Shown: positions 1-10,009 of the stretch, piece by piece
How positions within the stretch are numbered: the first letter of the stretch is position 1
How the letters are laid out: each line of letters starts with the position of its first letter
Origin: a virus
DNA: 64,000 nucleotides
Direction: 5' to 3' (one strand)
IMG/VR virus record: IMGVR_UViG_3300018080_000003
Location: 64,001 to 128,000 of that record
The notes under the pieces: generated by a model
Told to the model about the DNA's origin: nothing
Seen by the model: only the letters and a program-made list of their open reading frames with translations
Database searches by the model: none
Position numbers and translations under genes: made by a program

Positions 1-85
1 AGCCGTGGACACTTCTACGCCTTGGCTCGACAACGTGACCTCGAACGGTCTGACAATTCGGGCGAACATCATCGCCCAGCTGGCT

Positions 86-607
86 TCACCGGTACCGTAG
101 TTGGAGACCTTCGAGCCGGCCCATGACCATGGTGTCGGACTTGTTTCGGATCTCCCACTTGAAGCTCTCGTTATTGAGCGCTCGCAGCCTACGACGCTGC
201 ACCTGACGGATGGCATCCTCTGGGCCGCAGTTGGTGAGTATGCGGATGGCGCAGGCGTTGATGAGCCCGCTCCGGTTCCATCCGGCCATGCAGGTGACCA
301 GCACGGGCTCAACAGCGGCTCGCTCTGCGACCCACAGCGCCGCGACGAGGACCGCATCCCACTCCTGTTGACTGAGGGGGTCACCATCGTCTTCGAGCGG
401 CACGCGCAGCACGCGCATCCCCACGTAGTTGCTCTGGCTGGGCTGGTGCTCCTTGGCGGAGAGCACGAGGCTCTTGAAGCCGGCGCGCTGAAGCATCTCA
501 CCGGGAGGAGCCATCCCGCCCTGCCAGACGTTGGGGATGACCTCATCGGCGTCGATCGGTTCAGGCTCGTTGAGGATGTACCGTTCGAGGTCGTCGATAG
601 CTTTCAT
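86..607 (-). CDS. Dual-specificity protein phosphatase family protein
   Basis: CX5R active-site loop VLVTCMAGWNRS, upstream acid loop PLEDD, C-terminal ALNNESF. Confidence 0.8.
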   Translation of the reverse strand: MKAIDDLERYILNEPEPIDADEVIPNVWQGGMAPPGEMLQRAGFKSLVLSAKEHQPSQSNYVGMRVLRVPLEDDGDPLSQQEWDAVLVAALWVAERAAVEPVLVTCMAGWNRSGLINACAIRILTNCGPEDAIRQVQRRRLRALNNESFKWEIRNKSDTMVMGRLEGLQLRYR

Positions 608-1296
608 CGTCTGAGCATTCTGACAGCAAAGAAGCCGAGAACGCCAGCGGCAATTGCTGGAGCGACGCGTGCGTTGAGCGAAGCCTTCGGGTCGTACTGG
701 GGATGACCGGGAATGATGGGAGGACCGTTCGAGCCGGGCCCTGGGGGCAGCGGCCCGTTGGGAACGTCAGGCACGAGGATGTGCGCCTTGCCGTAGGCGC
801 GCGTCACGTGGGGTCGTACCGACCCTGTGGCGTCTTCGACGCTGATGACGCCGTCGCCGCCCTTGTCGAGTCGCTTGTTTAAACGGTAGGCATCAGAGGG
901 GGCACTGTAGACGGTAGCAGAGGGGGAGGAGCCGATGAAGCTTGGAGCGAAGACGGCCATGTAGTGGTCTTCGAGGCTGGTTCGGCGGACTTTCTTCTGG
1001 CGCTGGACGTACTCGAAGTACTTTTCCACAAGGGGGAGCTGCTCTTCAGCGCTCATCTTCATCAGATCGTCGTTGGTGACTCCGAGCATATCCCGAGCGG
1101 TCTTGCAGAACTGGATGAGACCTGTGCATTTGCTGCTTGGGTTCTGTGCCTTTGGATCAATTCCGCTTTCGAAGCGCATCACGGCTGCGAGGTAGCTGGG
1201 GTCTAGGCCCTGGCGATCGCTCAGCAGGACAAGCTCCCTTCGGAAGGCGGGGGTCTGCCTGTCAAGTCTTTCGATGGCAAGAAGTTCGCGCGACAT
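604..1296 (-). CDS. Lytic transglycosylase (SLT/lysozyme-like) with Pro-rich linker and C-terminal membrane anchor
   Basis: LAAVMRFESG...TGLIQF motifs; tail PAIAAGVLGFFAVRMLRR. Confidence 0.75.
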   Translation of the reverse strand: MSRELLAIERLDRQTPAFRRELVLLSDRQGLDPSYLAAVMRFESGIDPKAQNPSSKCTGLIQFCKTARDMLGVTNDDLMKMSAEEQLPLVEKYFEYVQRQKKVRRTSLEDHYMAVFAPSFIGSSPSATVYSAPSDAYRLNKRLDKGGDGVISVEDATGSVRPHVTRAYGKAHILVPDVPNGPLPPGPGSNGPPIIPGHPQYDPKASLNARVAPAIAAGVLGFFAVRMLRR

Positions 1297-1324
1297 GACG
1301 GTTGTGATATCTTACCACCCAGTC

Positions 1325-1795
1325 ATGAGGTCTGCGAAGCGACTGTGGATTTACGCGGGTCTCGGTGTCCCGGAGGGTGTTGCGCTGGTGCGCCGTCCTC
1401 GGAGAAGCCGAGCGAATCGGCGTGTCTTGCTGGCGGGGGAGCGAGAGGTGGTCGGAGCGCTGACGCCACCGCTTTCGCGTTTGGTTCATGACGCGGATGC
1501 GGCGCTCCATGTCGATGCACGAGAGGGGAATGCGCGAGCGTGGGTGACAGAGGGATGGCTCCCCGCTGCGCTCGCGGTATTCGAGCCGACGACCGTTTTG
1601 TTGGCGCTTGACCCTACGGATGTTCTTGCGCGCCGCGCAATTCGTGCGCGAGTCCGAGGCTCACGAGCCGAGGAGTTCTGGCTCATCCCGCCGGGTGTGA
1701 GGGTTCAGCCTTCCAGTCGGTTTATCGCGTCCGAGGGTACGGACGCACGGTCTCTGGCGGCGTGGGCCGCTCGGGCCTGGTCTGTCATTGAATGA
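1325..1795 (+). CDS. Hypothetical protein
   Basis: First ORF of a + strand run, divergent from 1296; start uncertain. Confidence 0.5.
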   Translation: MRSAKRLWIYAGLGVPEGVALVRRPRRSRANRRVLLAGEREVVGALTPPLSRLVHDADAALHVDAREGNARAWVTEGWLPAALAVFEPTTVLLALDPTDVLARRAIRARVRGSRAEEFWLIPPGVRVQPSSRFIASEGTDARSLAAWAARAWSVIE

Positions 1796-1802
1796 GGCAA
1801 AC

Positions 1803-2726
1803 ATGTCGGTCGTAGGTTTCATCACGCGCTCGGGCGCAAGCAACTTCTTCAGTCAGGCAGAGGGTAACGTTGGAGACACAGGGGGCAACCGTTTCATCGC
1901 ACGCAAGCCAGATGGCACGTCGCTGGGCGGCTACAACAGCGCTGGTGCAGCGCTGAATGCTTTCCGTCGTCTGCATGGCGGTAACCGAGTGTTTCAGATC
2001 CGTCGCCGCGACTTGCCGAGCCGGGTGGAGCACTATGAGGTGATCAGCGATCCGCCGAGCCCGAATGAGATCTTCGAAGAGAACCTCGTTCTTTGGACGG
2101 AACCGGTCTTTCGCCCGAGTGTGACGCTCAGTGGCACGGCGAATCAGATCGCTCGGGTGCGGAGCCGTACGGCCAAGCCTACGCCGCAACTGTTTCAGGC
2201 CACGGCTGGCAACCAGCCTTTTTTTCTTCAGAACGACGATCAGTTCAACGAGAACAACGTCTTCGACACGGACGATCCCACTCAGCGTTTCTTCGACGTC
2301 TCGAACCTGATTCTGACGCCGCCCTTCGCCATTTTCCTCTGCTGCAACCATACGTCGGCGGTCCCGGTCGACTTCACGGCTTCGGCTGTCAGCTTCGCGT
2401 CTGGCGGTGGCTACATCGGGAACGTCGGCGGTGTTTCAGCGGTTTGGGGCGTGAACAATGGGGCGGTCATCGCGAGCCCTCAGTTCATTTCTACGACCAC
2501 GCCTGACGTCGTGGTGTACGAGCAGAGCACGACGGGTGCGGCGCTCTACGTGAACGGTGTTTTGGCAGGAGTTAACGGTGCGGTGCCTGGCGCGGGCACG
2601 CTGCAGATCGGAACGAACCCTGACCCTTGGCGCGGGAAGTTCGCGAGCATCTTCGCGGTCGACTTTATCCCCGAGCCGAGCCAGCGAGCGCTTGCGACGC
2701 GGTACCTTTCGGAGGCGTTCCAGTGA
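1803..2726 (+). CDS. Probable virion protein with C-terminal LamG/ConA-like beta domain
   Basis: G/A/V/T/N-rich; ALYVNGV...LQIG...WRGKFA pattern; GAGG RBS before ATG 1803. Confidence 0.5.
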   Translation: MSVVGFITRSGASNFFSQAEGNVGDTGGNRFIARKPDGTSLGGYNSAGAALNAFRRLHGGNRVFQIRRRDLPSRVEHYEVISDPPSPNEIFEENLVLWTEPVFRPSVTLSGTANQIARVRSRTAKPTPQLFQATAGNQPFFLQNDDQFNENNVFDTDDPTQRFFDVSNLILTPPFAIFLCCNHTSAVPVDFTASAVSFASGGGYIGNVGGVSAVWGVNNGAVIASPQFISTTTPDVVVYEQSTTGAALYVNGVLAGVNGAVPGAGTLQIGTNPDPWRGKFASIFAVDFIPEPSQRALATRYLSEAFQ

Positions 2727-3625
2727 GCGGGAAGCTCATCGATGTCGTTCAGCGGGTGAAGGAAGGGACGGCTTACTGGGACTGGGAGACAGTCATCAGT
2801 GAGCATCAGGGGCACAAGCTCTACATCCGGGTGTTCGCGGATGCGATGAAGTTTGACGACGTGCCTCCGTTGACTTGGAACTACCAGACGTTCCGGGAGT
2901 ACGACGAGTCAGGCGAAGAGGTCAAGCGGACGTACAACGGTGTGCGTCTTCCTGCGAGCGCGCAGGAGCTGCAGCAGATCGCTGACTTGACTTCATGCAT
3001 GCTGCTGACGCCGAAGGTCGTCGACCTGATCTGGCTTCAGGCGAAGGTGAAGTTTGATCCGGTCATCAACTCGGGGCCATCGCAGTATCAGATCGTGGCA
3101 GAAATGCCCATCGTCGGCAGAATGCCCTACCGTGGGACGACTCTGATTGGCGTCCATGAGCTGATTCAAGAGAAGATCGACACGACGAGTGACGGCACGG
3201 GTCTGGTCGCTTCGGTCGGCAAATACTGGGTGCTAACGAACGGCCTCGGGAACACTTCGATGCTTCGCTTCGGCGATGAGACCGCGTGCAACTACGGCTG
3301 GTGCTCGTCGAGCGCTTCTGGTCCTGGCGTGACGCCTGGGGTCCAGTGTTGGCAGCGCCCTGGCTACGCGCATGACATCCGGCACTGGGACCCGTCTCAG
3401 GTCATTCGTCTGATGTTCCGCACGGCTCGCCTGGTTCGTGCAGATGGGACGGAGGAGTACGTCGACCTCGGCGACATCGCGCAGGACCCCGAGCTGGGTC
3501 CGCTCATTACGCACGAGGGCGAGCTTGGGATCTTGCGTCAGCCTGGAGTCGAGGAGCTTCCGGCGATGCAACCGATCCAGCTTCCTCCGGAGACGATCAT
3601 AGCAAACCCTTGGAGGGGGGCGTGA
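2723..3625 (+). CDS. Hypothetical protein
   Basis: GTGA overlap with previous stop, GGAGG RBS, 300 codons. Confidence 0.7.
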   Translation: MSGKLIDVVQRVKEGTAYWDWETVISEHQGHKLYIRVFADAMKFDDVPPLTWNYQTFREYDESGEEVKRTYNGVRLPASAQELQQIADLTSCMLLTPKVVDLIWLQAKVKFDPVINSGPSQYQIVAEMPIVGRMPYRGTTLIGVHELIQEKIDTTSDGTGLVASVGKYWVLTNGLGNTSMLRFGDETACNYGWCSSSASGPGVTPGVQCWQRPGYAHDIRHWDPSQVIRLMFRTARLVRADGTEEYVDLGDIAQDPELGPLITHEGELGILRQPGVEELPAMQPIQLPPETIIANPWRGA

Positions 3626-4473
3626 GCGAACCTACCCCGACGCTCTGGCTCACGCTCCCTAAAGATGAGGTCTTGAAGCGAGGCGACAAGGGCGCGCTAG
3701 TGCAACGTGCTCAGCTGAGGATGCTGGTGCATGGGATTGACCTGGAGCCCTACGGAGCAGACGGCCACTTCGGCGACAAGACCAAGGCGGGCGTGAAGCT
3801 ATTTCAGCGTCGCGAGAGCATCCCGGTGACTGGTGTGATCGACAACCGCACCTGGGAGGAGCTGATGGACAAGGCAGAGCCAGAGGTTCAGTCGACCATC
3901 GCGGCGTCCGGGTTCGTCTCAAAGCCGAGCTTCAGCCCCCTGGCGAGCAACGATGCGCGCGCGGCTGTTTTTGGGAAATTCCGCTACCGTCCTGCACCCA
4001 TCAAGGGGAATCCTGAGCGGATCATCATGCTCGACAACTGGATGGTCGAGAACACGACGGTGGTAGAGATCCCACAGCTGAAACAGATCCCTGGCGTGAT
4101 GTGGCAGGGGAAGCGTTGGTCGAAGGGGCCGAAGTCGGGAAGGGTTCGCTGTCACAAGCTCATCGCAGAGCAGCTGGTGGGCCTCTGGGCAGCGTGGGAG
4201 CAGGCTGGGCTCATCGATCGGATCTACAGTTGGGATGGTTTGGGCAACCCTCGCTTCATTCGTGGTAGCCGGTCCATTCTGAGCAACCACGCTTGGTACA
4301 CGGCGTTCGACATCAACTACAGATGGAACATGCTAGGCGAGACGCCTGCTGACATTGGCGAGAAAGGATCGGTGAAAGAGCTTGTCCCCATCGCTCATGA
4401 TTTTGGGTTCTACTGGGGCGGCCACTTCCGCCGCAGGGATGGCATGCATTTTGAGGCAGCGAAGGTTCTGTAA
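3622..4473 (+). CDS. Endolysin-like protein: peptidoglycan-binding domain plus M15 peptidase
   Basis: LKRGDKG...DGHFGDKT...FQ...TGVID PG-binding domain; SNHAWYTAFD and DGMHFE Zn-peptidase motifs. Confidence 0.85.
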   Translation: MSEPTPTLWLTLPKDEVLKRGDKGALVQRAQLRMLVHGIDLEPYGADGHFGDKTKAGVKLFQRRESIPVTGVIDNRTWEELMDKAEPEVQSTIAASGFVSKPSFSPLASNDARAAVFGKFRYRPAPIKGNPERIIMLDNWMVENTTVVEIPQLKQIPGVMWQGKRWSKGPKSGRVRCHKLIAEQLVGLWAAWEQAGLIDRIYSWDGLGNPRFIRGSRSILSNHAWYTAFDINYRWNMLGETPADIGEKGSVKELVPIAHDFGFYWGGHFRRRDGMHFEAAKVL

Positions 4474-4700
4474 TGACTCCCGCGACAAAGTACTACTTCA
4501 AGCAAATCTGCACCGAGTGCTGGGGCAGAGGCCGCAAGATGATCTCCACCTGGAACGTTGAAGGTCAAAAGGTCGAAGAGAAAGACCTAGGCGTCTGCCC
4601 TGCCTGCGGAGGCGCCGGTCATCATGGTTATCAGACTTTCGATGCAGGCACTTCTCCCGAGCCCATCTGGCAAGAAGGGACTCACGCTGTTGTAGGATGA
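4473..4700 (+). CDS. Small DnaJ-type zinc-finger protein
   Basis: CTECWGRG and CPACGGAG. Confidence 0.6.
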   Translation: MTPATKYYFKQICTECWGRGRKMISTWNVEGQKVEEKDLGVCPACGGAGHHGYQTFDAGTSPEPIWQEGTHAVVG

Positions 4701-4703
4701 ACC

Positions 4704-4958
4704 ATGGCCAAGAAGATTACTGCTGAGGAGGTACGCTACATCGCGATCACGGCTGCCATCACGGCCGCCGCGAGCGCCGTTGCGACCTCGATCGTTACTT
4801 TTGCCATCGAGAAGTACTTCGAGCGCAAAGACGAAGAGGAAGCGACGACGGCTGCTCAAGGCATGGGCACGCTGATTGTGAGCCGGGGGGTGCCCGTTGC
4901 GCCTCACCTCAACAACACACTTCAGCGGCCTCGCGCGATTCGCCGTTCGACGCTGTAG
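4704..4958 (+). CDS. Small single-pass membrane protein
   Basis: Hydrophobic IAITAAITAAASAVATSIVTFAI followed by charged tail. Confidence 0.55.
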   Translation: MAKKITAEEVRYIAITAAITAAASAVATSIVTFAIEKYFERKDEEEATTAAQGMGTLIVSRGVPVAPHLNNTLQRPRAIRRSTL

Positions 4959-5248
4959 ATGGTCCAGTAGGTTGATGCTCGCAGTACATCAGCCCGCACA
5001 TCTCGCACATCTCCTCGGGCACCTCGCCCCAGCCGTCGCAGAGGGAGCAGTCTCCGACATGGCCGCCCGTCCCGCCGAAGGGGTCGCAGTCGCCATGGCA
5101 GGCGAAACAGGCCTTGTACTTCATCAGAAGAAGATCCACTTCGCGAGAAGGAAGGATGCTGCGCCTACGAGCATAAAGAAAGCTGAGGGCAGCGCGACGC
5201 TGAAGACCCAGAAGTGCCATCTGGGCTCTTTGTAGGTTCGGATTCGGT

Positions 5249-5821
5249 TCATTGTAGTTTCACCTCATTGATTGCCCTCAAAGCCTCTGGCCACGACATC
5301 ACACGGGTGAAGTAGAACCTGTCTTGCTCGTCTCGGTTGTAGGGTGTGTCGAACAGGATGGCATGCCCCTTCTGTCTCACTGCCCACCCATGGACGTTCC
5401 CGGGCTTGTCTTCGATGAGAACATTACCTGAGATGAGGTACTTCTGAGAAGTGTGGATGGTCCGCTTTCCGAGCGCGCCGAAGTGATCGGTCAGCCAGTG
5501 GTTCCGGTCGTAGACCCAGGTCGGGCTGCCTCGCCAGTCGGCGGTGACGAAGTAGACCTCGTGTCGCTGAGCGAGCTTTTTCACCGACTCGATGGCGTGC
5601 GGCAGCGGCTGAAGCTTGCGGGCGAAGCCGGGTGACTGGATCTCTTTGACGGTCTCCGCCCAGTCGTCACGGTCGAGGTCAAGGCACTCTTCGATGTTCC
5701 ATCCGTTGACGTCTTCGCGGGAGTACCTGGTCCCGCTGACTTCGTAGATGGTGTCTAGAACAGGGCCGAGGAAGTCGGCGCAGACGCCGTCGACATCGAC
5801 GAGGATTTCGAGCTTGCTCAT
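5249..5821 (-). CDS. 5'(3')-deoxyribonucleotidase (NT5C-type HAD)
   Basis: ILVDVDGVCADF, YFVT, LIEDKP, FDTPYN; start trimmed to MSKLEIL. Confidence 0.85.
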   Translation of the reverse strand: MSKLEILVDVDGVCADFLGPVLDTIYEVSGTRYSREDVNGWNIEECLDLDRDDWAETVKEIQSPGFARKLQPLPHAIESVKKLAQRHEVYFVTADWRGSPTWVYDRNHWLTDHFGALGKRTIHTSQKYLISGNVLIEDKPGNVHGWAVRQKGHAILFDTPYNRDEQDRFYFTRVMSWPEALRAINEVKLQ

Positions 5822-7296
5822 GATTCCCTTTCTGTGTCTTGGAGGAGAGTTCGGATGTCTCCTTGCATCGTGCCCCATGGCCAGGACTTGAGGACTTCTT
5901 CTGAAAGTCGCTCTCCCCGACAGATGGGTCGGGCTGAGAACTCGGGCTCTGCTTCGTCCTCGTGGTGAAACTCTTCGGCCACCTTGGCAGCTTCGCTGCG
6001 GCTGTTGGCGGTGACGTAGATCGTCTTGGTGACCTTCACTTCGTAGACGTTGGTCTCTGGGATCACTTTCAGCCCCATCAACCGTCGGCACTTGGAGCAG
6101 GTGGGGTAGCCCTTCTTCTCTCCGCCTCGGAACATGACGACGTAGCCGCAGAGCGTTTCGTCGGAGACAGCCTCTTCGTCCAGCTGGTTCTTGGCAGCGC
6201 ACCAGCCGGTGCGGTGACGGACGATCCAGCGCTTTTTGACGGCTACCCTTGGCACTCTTGAGACCTCCAGAGTCGTTCAGATTCCTGGTGGGATTCGTCG
6301 ATGGGTTTCTCGATGTCGTACTTTTTCGTGCATTTTGGTGGTGGTTGTCGGTAGGCGTTCATACCCATTTCTGGTAGTCGAACTTGACGTCGAGCTGGAA
6401 GCTGCCGTCGTACCCTTGCTTGAGGTCGACGAAGGTGATGCCACGTTTGGACTGGAGCGCATCTCTGACTTCCGCCGCCTCGTAGTTGCTTACCTCTCCG
6501 AGGTCGAAGCTTAGCTTCGAGTCGACCCGAAGCACTCCTCTGCTATGGAGCGAGTAGGTTTCCTGGAAGATCTTTTCAGCTTCGAGCGCGGCTCTTCGGC
6601 GCATGTCCGCGTAGCGGATCCACAGCCACGCAAACAGGATGACGAGGCTCAGATTCAGAGCAAGCCAAAGCATGACTAGCGCAGTCATCTCTCGAAAGTC
6701 TCAAGCCTGAGGAGGTCTCCGTAGAACTGATCTTGAGAGAGCTGCTCTTGAGCTTCTTCAGCAAGAGGAGCGTAGTTCAAGCCCTGAGGTTCGGGCTCGA
6801 AGGGCTGGGGAACACCGGCCGCTTTTTCTGCTTCTTTCCTGTCATGGGCGAGGAGGAGTCTTTCGAATTTTCCGCTTTCCCAAGCAGGTAGTCCTTCGCG
6901 AAGCAGCTTCTGAGCAGAGTAGACCACTCGGTAGCGGGTACTGTTTTCATGCAAGGACTCGTTGATGAAAACTGCCCAGAGCATCCCTTTTGGGAAGTAC
7001 TCCCGCCATGAGGCTACAGCCTCTCGGTCAGAGTCGCTGTCCGCATCGAAGATCCTCTCTGCGCTCAGTGGCTTGCCATCTTGAAACGACCTGGTGGCAA
7101 AGACCATCACGGAGGCCTTTCCTGAGCGTATAGCTTGGATGTTGGGCTCTTGAGAGAGAGCCTCGACCACAGCATCAGGGTCAGCCTCTACATCGAACTT
7201 GAAGTCCATCGTCTCACTGCTTGGGAGTCGAAGGTCTCGAAGTCTTTCTTGGATGATGAGAGTGATCTCTTTCGCTTCTTTTTCGGCTTCAACCAT
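5818..7296 (-). other. Three hypothetical CDS (5818-6255, 6359-6688 with N-terminal TM, 6685-7296)
   Basis: Consecutive - strand ORFs with 4-nt overlaps. Confidence 0.6.
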
Positions 7297-7302
7297 GAAC
7301 GC

Positions 7303-7331
7303 AAGTTACGCTCGTAACTGACTGAAGTCAA
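7303..7331 (-). promoter_or_regulatory. Sigma70-like promoter with GTTAC-N4-GTAAC site
   Basis: TTGACT-17-TAACTT on - strand; GTTACgctcGTAAC at 7305-7318. Confidence 0.55.
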
Positions 7332-7951
7332 CGCCTCTGACTCGTCTCGACGATCCAAGGCCACATCTTCTCTGCCCAGGCGGCGTAGCCGCTCATGTGC
7401 AGATGGATGCCGTCAGCGGCGCGAGGGAATTCGAGCGGGCGCGAGTCGTAGCGCGGGATACCGGTGTCTCGCCATGCTTGGCGGATGCTCTCGTTCTCGA
7501 TCCGTTTGGGTAGCAGCAGTGGCTCAACCCATGCGGGTTGCGCGCCGGCCTGTCGGATCCGTTGTAGCAGTTGCGCGATGCCAGGCTCAACACTCTTGCG
7601 CGAGCGGCCGAAGTCGTTGGCACCAAGGCTGATGATGACGAGGGTCGGGTTGAAGTCCAGAGCGCGGTCGATCTTGTAGCCGCTCTTCCAGTCGTTGATC
7701 CCTGACCCTACCTTCGGGTTGGCGAAGAAGGGGATGCCGCAGCACTCGCTCAGCGAGCGTAGGCGATGACTGAGTCCGACGCCGTACGAGTCGCCGATGA
7801 CAGCGATCCTAGTGGATGCGCTCGGACACGGGAATTCTTCACCGCATCGCTTGGGGACTTTGAACTCGGCTTGCTTTGGCTTGCTGCTCTGCAGCAGCAG
7901 GTAGGCGGCGCCGATGGCGACGCCGATGCCGAGGAGGTCGGTGGGCCTCAT
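7328..7951 (-). CDS. SGNH/GDSL hydrolase with N-terminal membrane anchor
   Basis: IGDSYG, LGANDF and DGIH blocks; hydrophobic N-terminus. Confidence 0.85.
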   Translation of the reverse strand: MRPTDLLGIGVAIGAAYLLLQSSKPKQAEFKVPKRCGEEFPCPSASTRIAVIGDSYGVGLSHRLRSLSECCGIPFFANPKVGSGINDWKSGYKIDRALDFNPTLVIISLGANDFGRSRKSVEPGIAQLLQRIRQAGAQPAWVEPLLLPKRIENESIRQAWRDTGIPRYDSRPLEFPRAADGIHLHMSGYAAWAEKMWPWIVETSQRR

Positions 7952-8181
7952 GACTCGCCTGTGATGATATCGCCGAAAAGATCTACGGTATTGAGTCCGC
8001 TGGCGTAGAAGTCGAGGATGGCAGCTTCGACGGCGTCTTCGAGAGAGCGTGACGAAGAGATCCCATGTCGAGCATCGTTGGTGACCTCATCTGGGTCGGC
8101 GATGGTCACAGTGTACTCGTCCTTGTCATGTGCCATGACGACGATCATACCAGCTCTCAGAAGTCTTGCGATTTCTTCCAT
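7948..8181 (-). CDS. Hypothetical protein
   Basis: MEEIARLL... fills the gap between neighbours. Confidence 0.5.
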   Translation of the reverse strand: MEEIARLLRAGMIVVMAHDKDEYTVTIADPDEVTNDARHGISSSRSLEDAVEAAILDFYASGLNTVDLFGDIITGES

Positions 8182-8186
8182 CTGGC

Positions 8187-8858
8187 TCACCAGACAGCGC
8201 AGGCGTCTCCGAACCAAGCGGCGAAAGTGTCCATGGCATCGAAGACGACATCCTTCTTCTCTACGCGATGGTAGTGAAGGCCCCAGGGGCGGTCTTTGTT
8301 GGGTCGAGGAGAGCCAGCGTTGTAGGCGGCGTAGACGAGGATCGGATCCCAGTAGCAGGTGTAGCGTTCGTTGATCTGCCGAAGCATTTCTGCTCCGAGG
8401 AGGACACTGGCGGTGTTGTTGTGTAGGACGCGTCGCCACTCTTGCAGGTTCCCTCCTTGAGGGATGGGTTTCATGTGGGCGATGTCTTTGCGGTGGAGGT
8501 GAGGGGCAGAGCGAGCGATCCCCCAGGCGGTCTTGGTCAAAGTCTGCATGACCCCGATGCTCCAGTCATTGAGGTGCTTCTCGTAGCGTTCTCCGCCGTC
8601 GTGGCCGCCGGACTCGTTGGCGATGGTGGCGGCGAGCAGCTGGATGGGCACACCGGTGTCGAGGAAGACTTGCTCCATCAGTTCGCCGAATCGGTCTTTG
8701 ATCCGCGTCAGGGTCTTCGGCTCACCTCGGGTGCGCCTGACGGAGCTTTCTCCTTGGACAAGTACGCCTTCTGGAACGATTTTCCAGATGTGGCCCTTGG
8801 TGCCCTTGATGCGGTGAAAGCGCTCGGGGTCCCAGGTTTCGCAGTCTTCGACCAACAT
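8187..8858 (-). CDS. Lytic transglycosylase (SLT domain)
   Basis: LAATIANESG, SIGVMQ and AAYNAG motifs. Confidence 0.85.
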   Translation of the reverse strand: MLVEDCETWDPERFHRIKGTKGHIWKIVPEGVLVQGESSVRRTRGEPKTLTRIKDRFGELMEQVFLDTGVPIQLLAATIANESGGHDGGERYEKHLNDWSIGVMQTLTKTAWGIARSAPHLHRKDIAHMKPIPQGGNLQEWRRVLHNNTASVLLGAEMLRQINERYTCYWDPILVYAAYNAGSPRPNKDRPWGLHYHRVEKKDVVFDAMDTFAAWFGDACAVW

Positions 8859-8904
8859 GCCCTTTGCATGCTATCATGCGGGGAGCTACCGGTCAGGATT
8901 CAGG

Positions 8905-9507
8905 ATGTCAGATGAAGGCAGTTGGGGCTTCAAAGGCCTGAAGGGTCGGGCGCTTGAGTTTCCGTCGGCACCAGATGTTGAGCCGGCTCCGTCTGGTCGT
9001 GCCCGGATGCGTTACAACCCTGGGACTGGCGAGCTTGAAGCCAGCCTGGATGGCGCCCCCTTCGAGGTCGTGCAAGTTGGTGCCGCTCCGGCTGTTTCTC
9101 GTTTCTTTCCGGCCAACTACAACCAGAACGCGGGACGTTTTCGTGTTCGTACTCAGAACAGCAACGGGGACTTCAACTACACTTTTGTGGTTCCCGACGA
9201 GGCCACGACAGTTATCTCGATCGATCTCATCGGCTTCGCTTCTTCGGGCGGCGCGACCGGCCCGAACAAGAACATCGACTTGTTCAGTGAGTTCGGGGGT
9301 AACGGTCAGCCGAGGAACCTCAACGCGCAAGCCGACACTGGCACGCTCTACACCATCCCTCCGGTCAACGAGCTGTTCACCATCGACTTGCTTCCGGTCT
9401 TCGTGGGCGTAGCTGGGGGCGATCGATGTGGGATCGAGGTGGATCACACGAACGTTGGCGGGAACATCTCATACCTCGGGATCAACATCTCCTACACGAC
9501 CTCCTGA
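8905..9507 (+). CDS. Probable virion protein sharing its N-terminal domain with the 1107-aa fibre
   Basis: MSDEGSWGFKG...ALEFPS...RMRYN similar to the N-terminus of 48459-51782. Confidence 0.65.
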   Translation: MSDEGSWGFKGLKGRALEFPSAPDVEPAPSGRARMRYNPGTGELEASLDGAPFEVVQVGAAPAVSRFFPANYNQNAGRFRVRTQNSNGDFNYTFVVPDEATTVISIDLIGFASSGGATGPNKNIDLFSEFGGNGQPRNLNAQADTGTLYTIPPVNELFTIDLLPVFVGVAGGDRCGIEVDHTNVGGNISYLGINISYTTS

Positions 9508-9513
9508 CAAGCC

Positions 9514-9939
9514 ATGACTGTTCTGCTTTACAACCGCGGCACGACGCCTTCTGGCGAATTTGCCATCAACAACCCGGAAGCGCCGGCTCCGTTGGCCAAA
9601 CAGATCCAGGCTTCGTTCCCTGATCGCGTCGTCCGTGTGAGCTGTGCGGGACTGGAGTGTACTGTAGAGGTTGTTCCTGACCTGACTCCTGCGGAGACAG
9701 AGCAAGTCAACAACATCGTCTCGCTGCACAAGACGGCGACAGGGTTCAACCTGGATACGGTGACCCCTCCGGTCACGCTCGGCGTCTACGCAGAGGCAGA
9801 ATTGCCTGACCCCGCCACCGTGGCTGAAGGGCCATTCAGCGGCCTGGCAGTGGTCGAGCCTGCGGGGGGAGGCGCCCCGATTCTCGTGTTCGCGACGCCC
9901 AGTGGATGGCTTCGAGCAGACGGCGTGCCCTTCGGCTGA
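9514..9939 (+). CDS. Probable virion-associated protein
   Basis: Directly follows 8905-9507; structural-protein-like composition. Confidence 0.5.
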   Translation: MTVLLYNRGTTPSGEFAINNPEAPAPLAKQIQASFPDRVVRVSCAGLECTVEVVPDLTPAETEQVNNIVSLHKTATGFNLDTVTPPVTLGVYAEAELPDPATVAEGPFSGLAVVEPAGGGAPILVFATPSGWLRADGVPFG

Positions 9940-9948
9940 TAGGCTTGT

Positions 9949-10009
9949 AGAGCGCCCTCTCTAGGTCAGAACCCACATCCATTCTGAAGGCCTCTTGAGA
10001 GGGCGCTTT
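9949..10009. terminator. Hairpin between convergent genes (probable terminator)
   Basis: AGAGCGCCCTCTC ... GAGAGGGCGCTTT inverted repeat. Confidence 0.5.
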
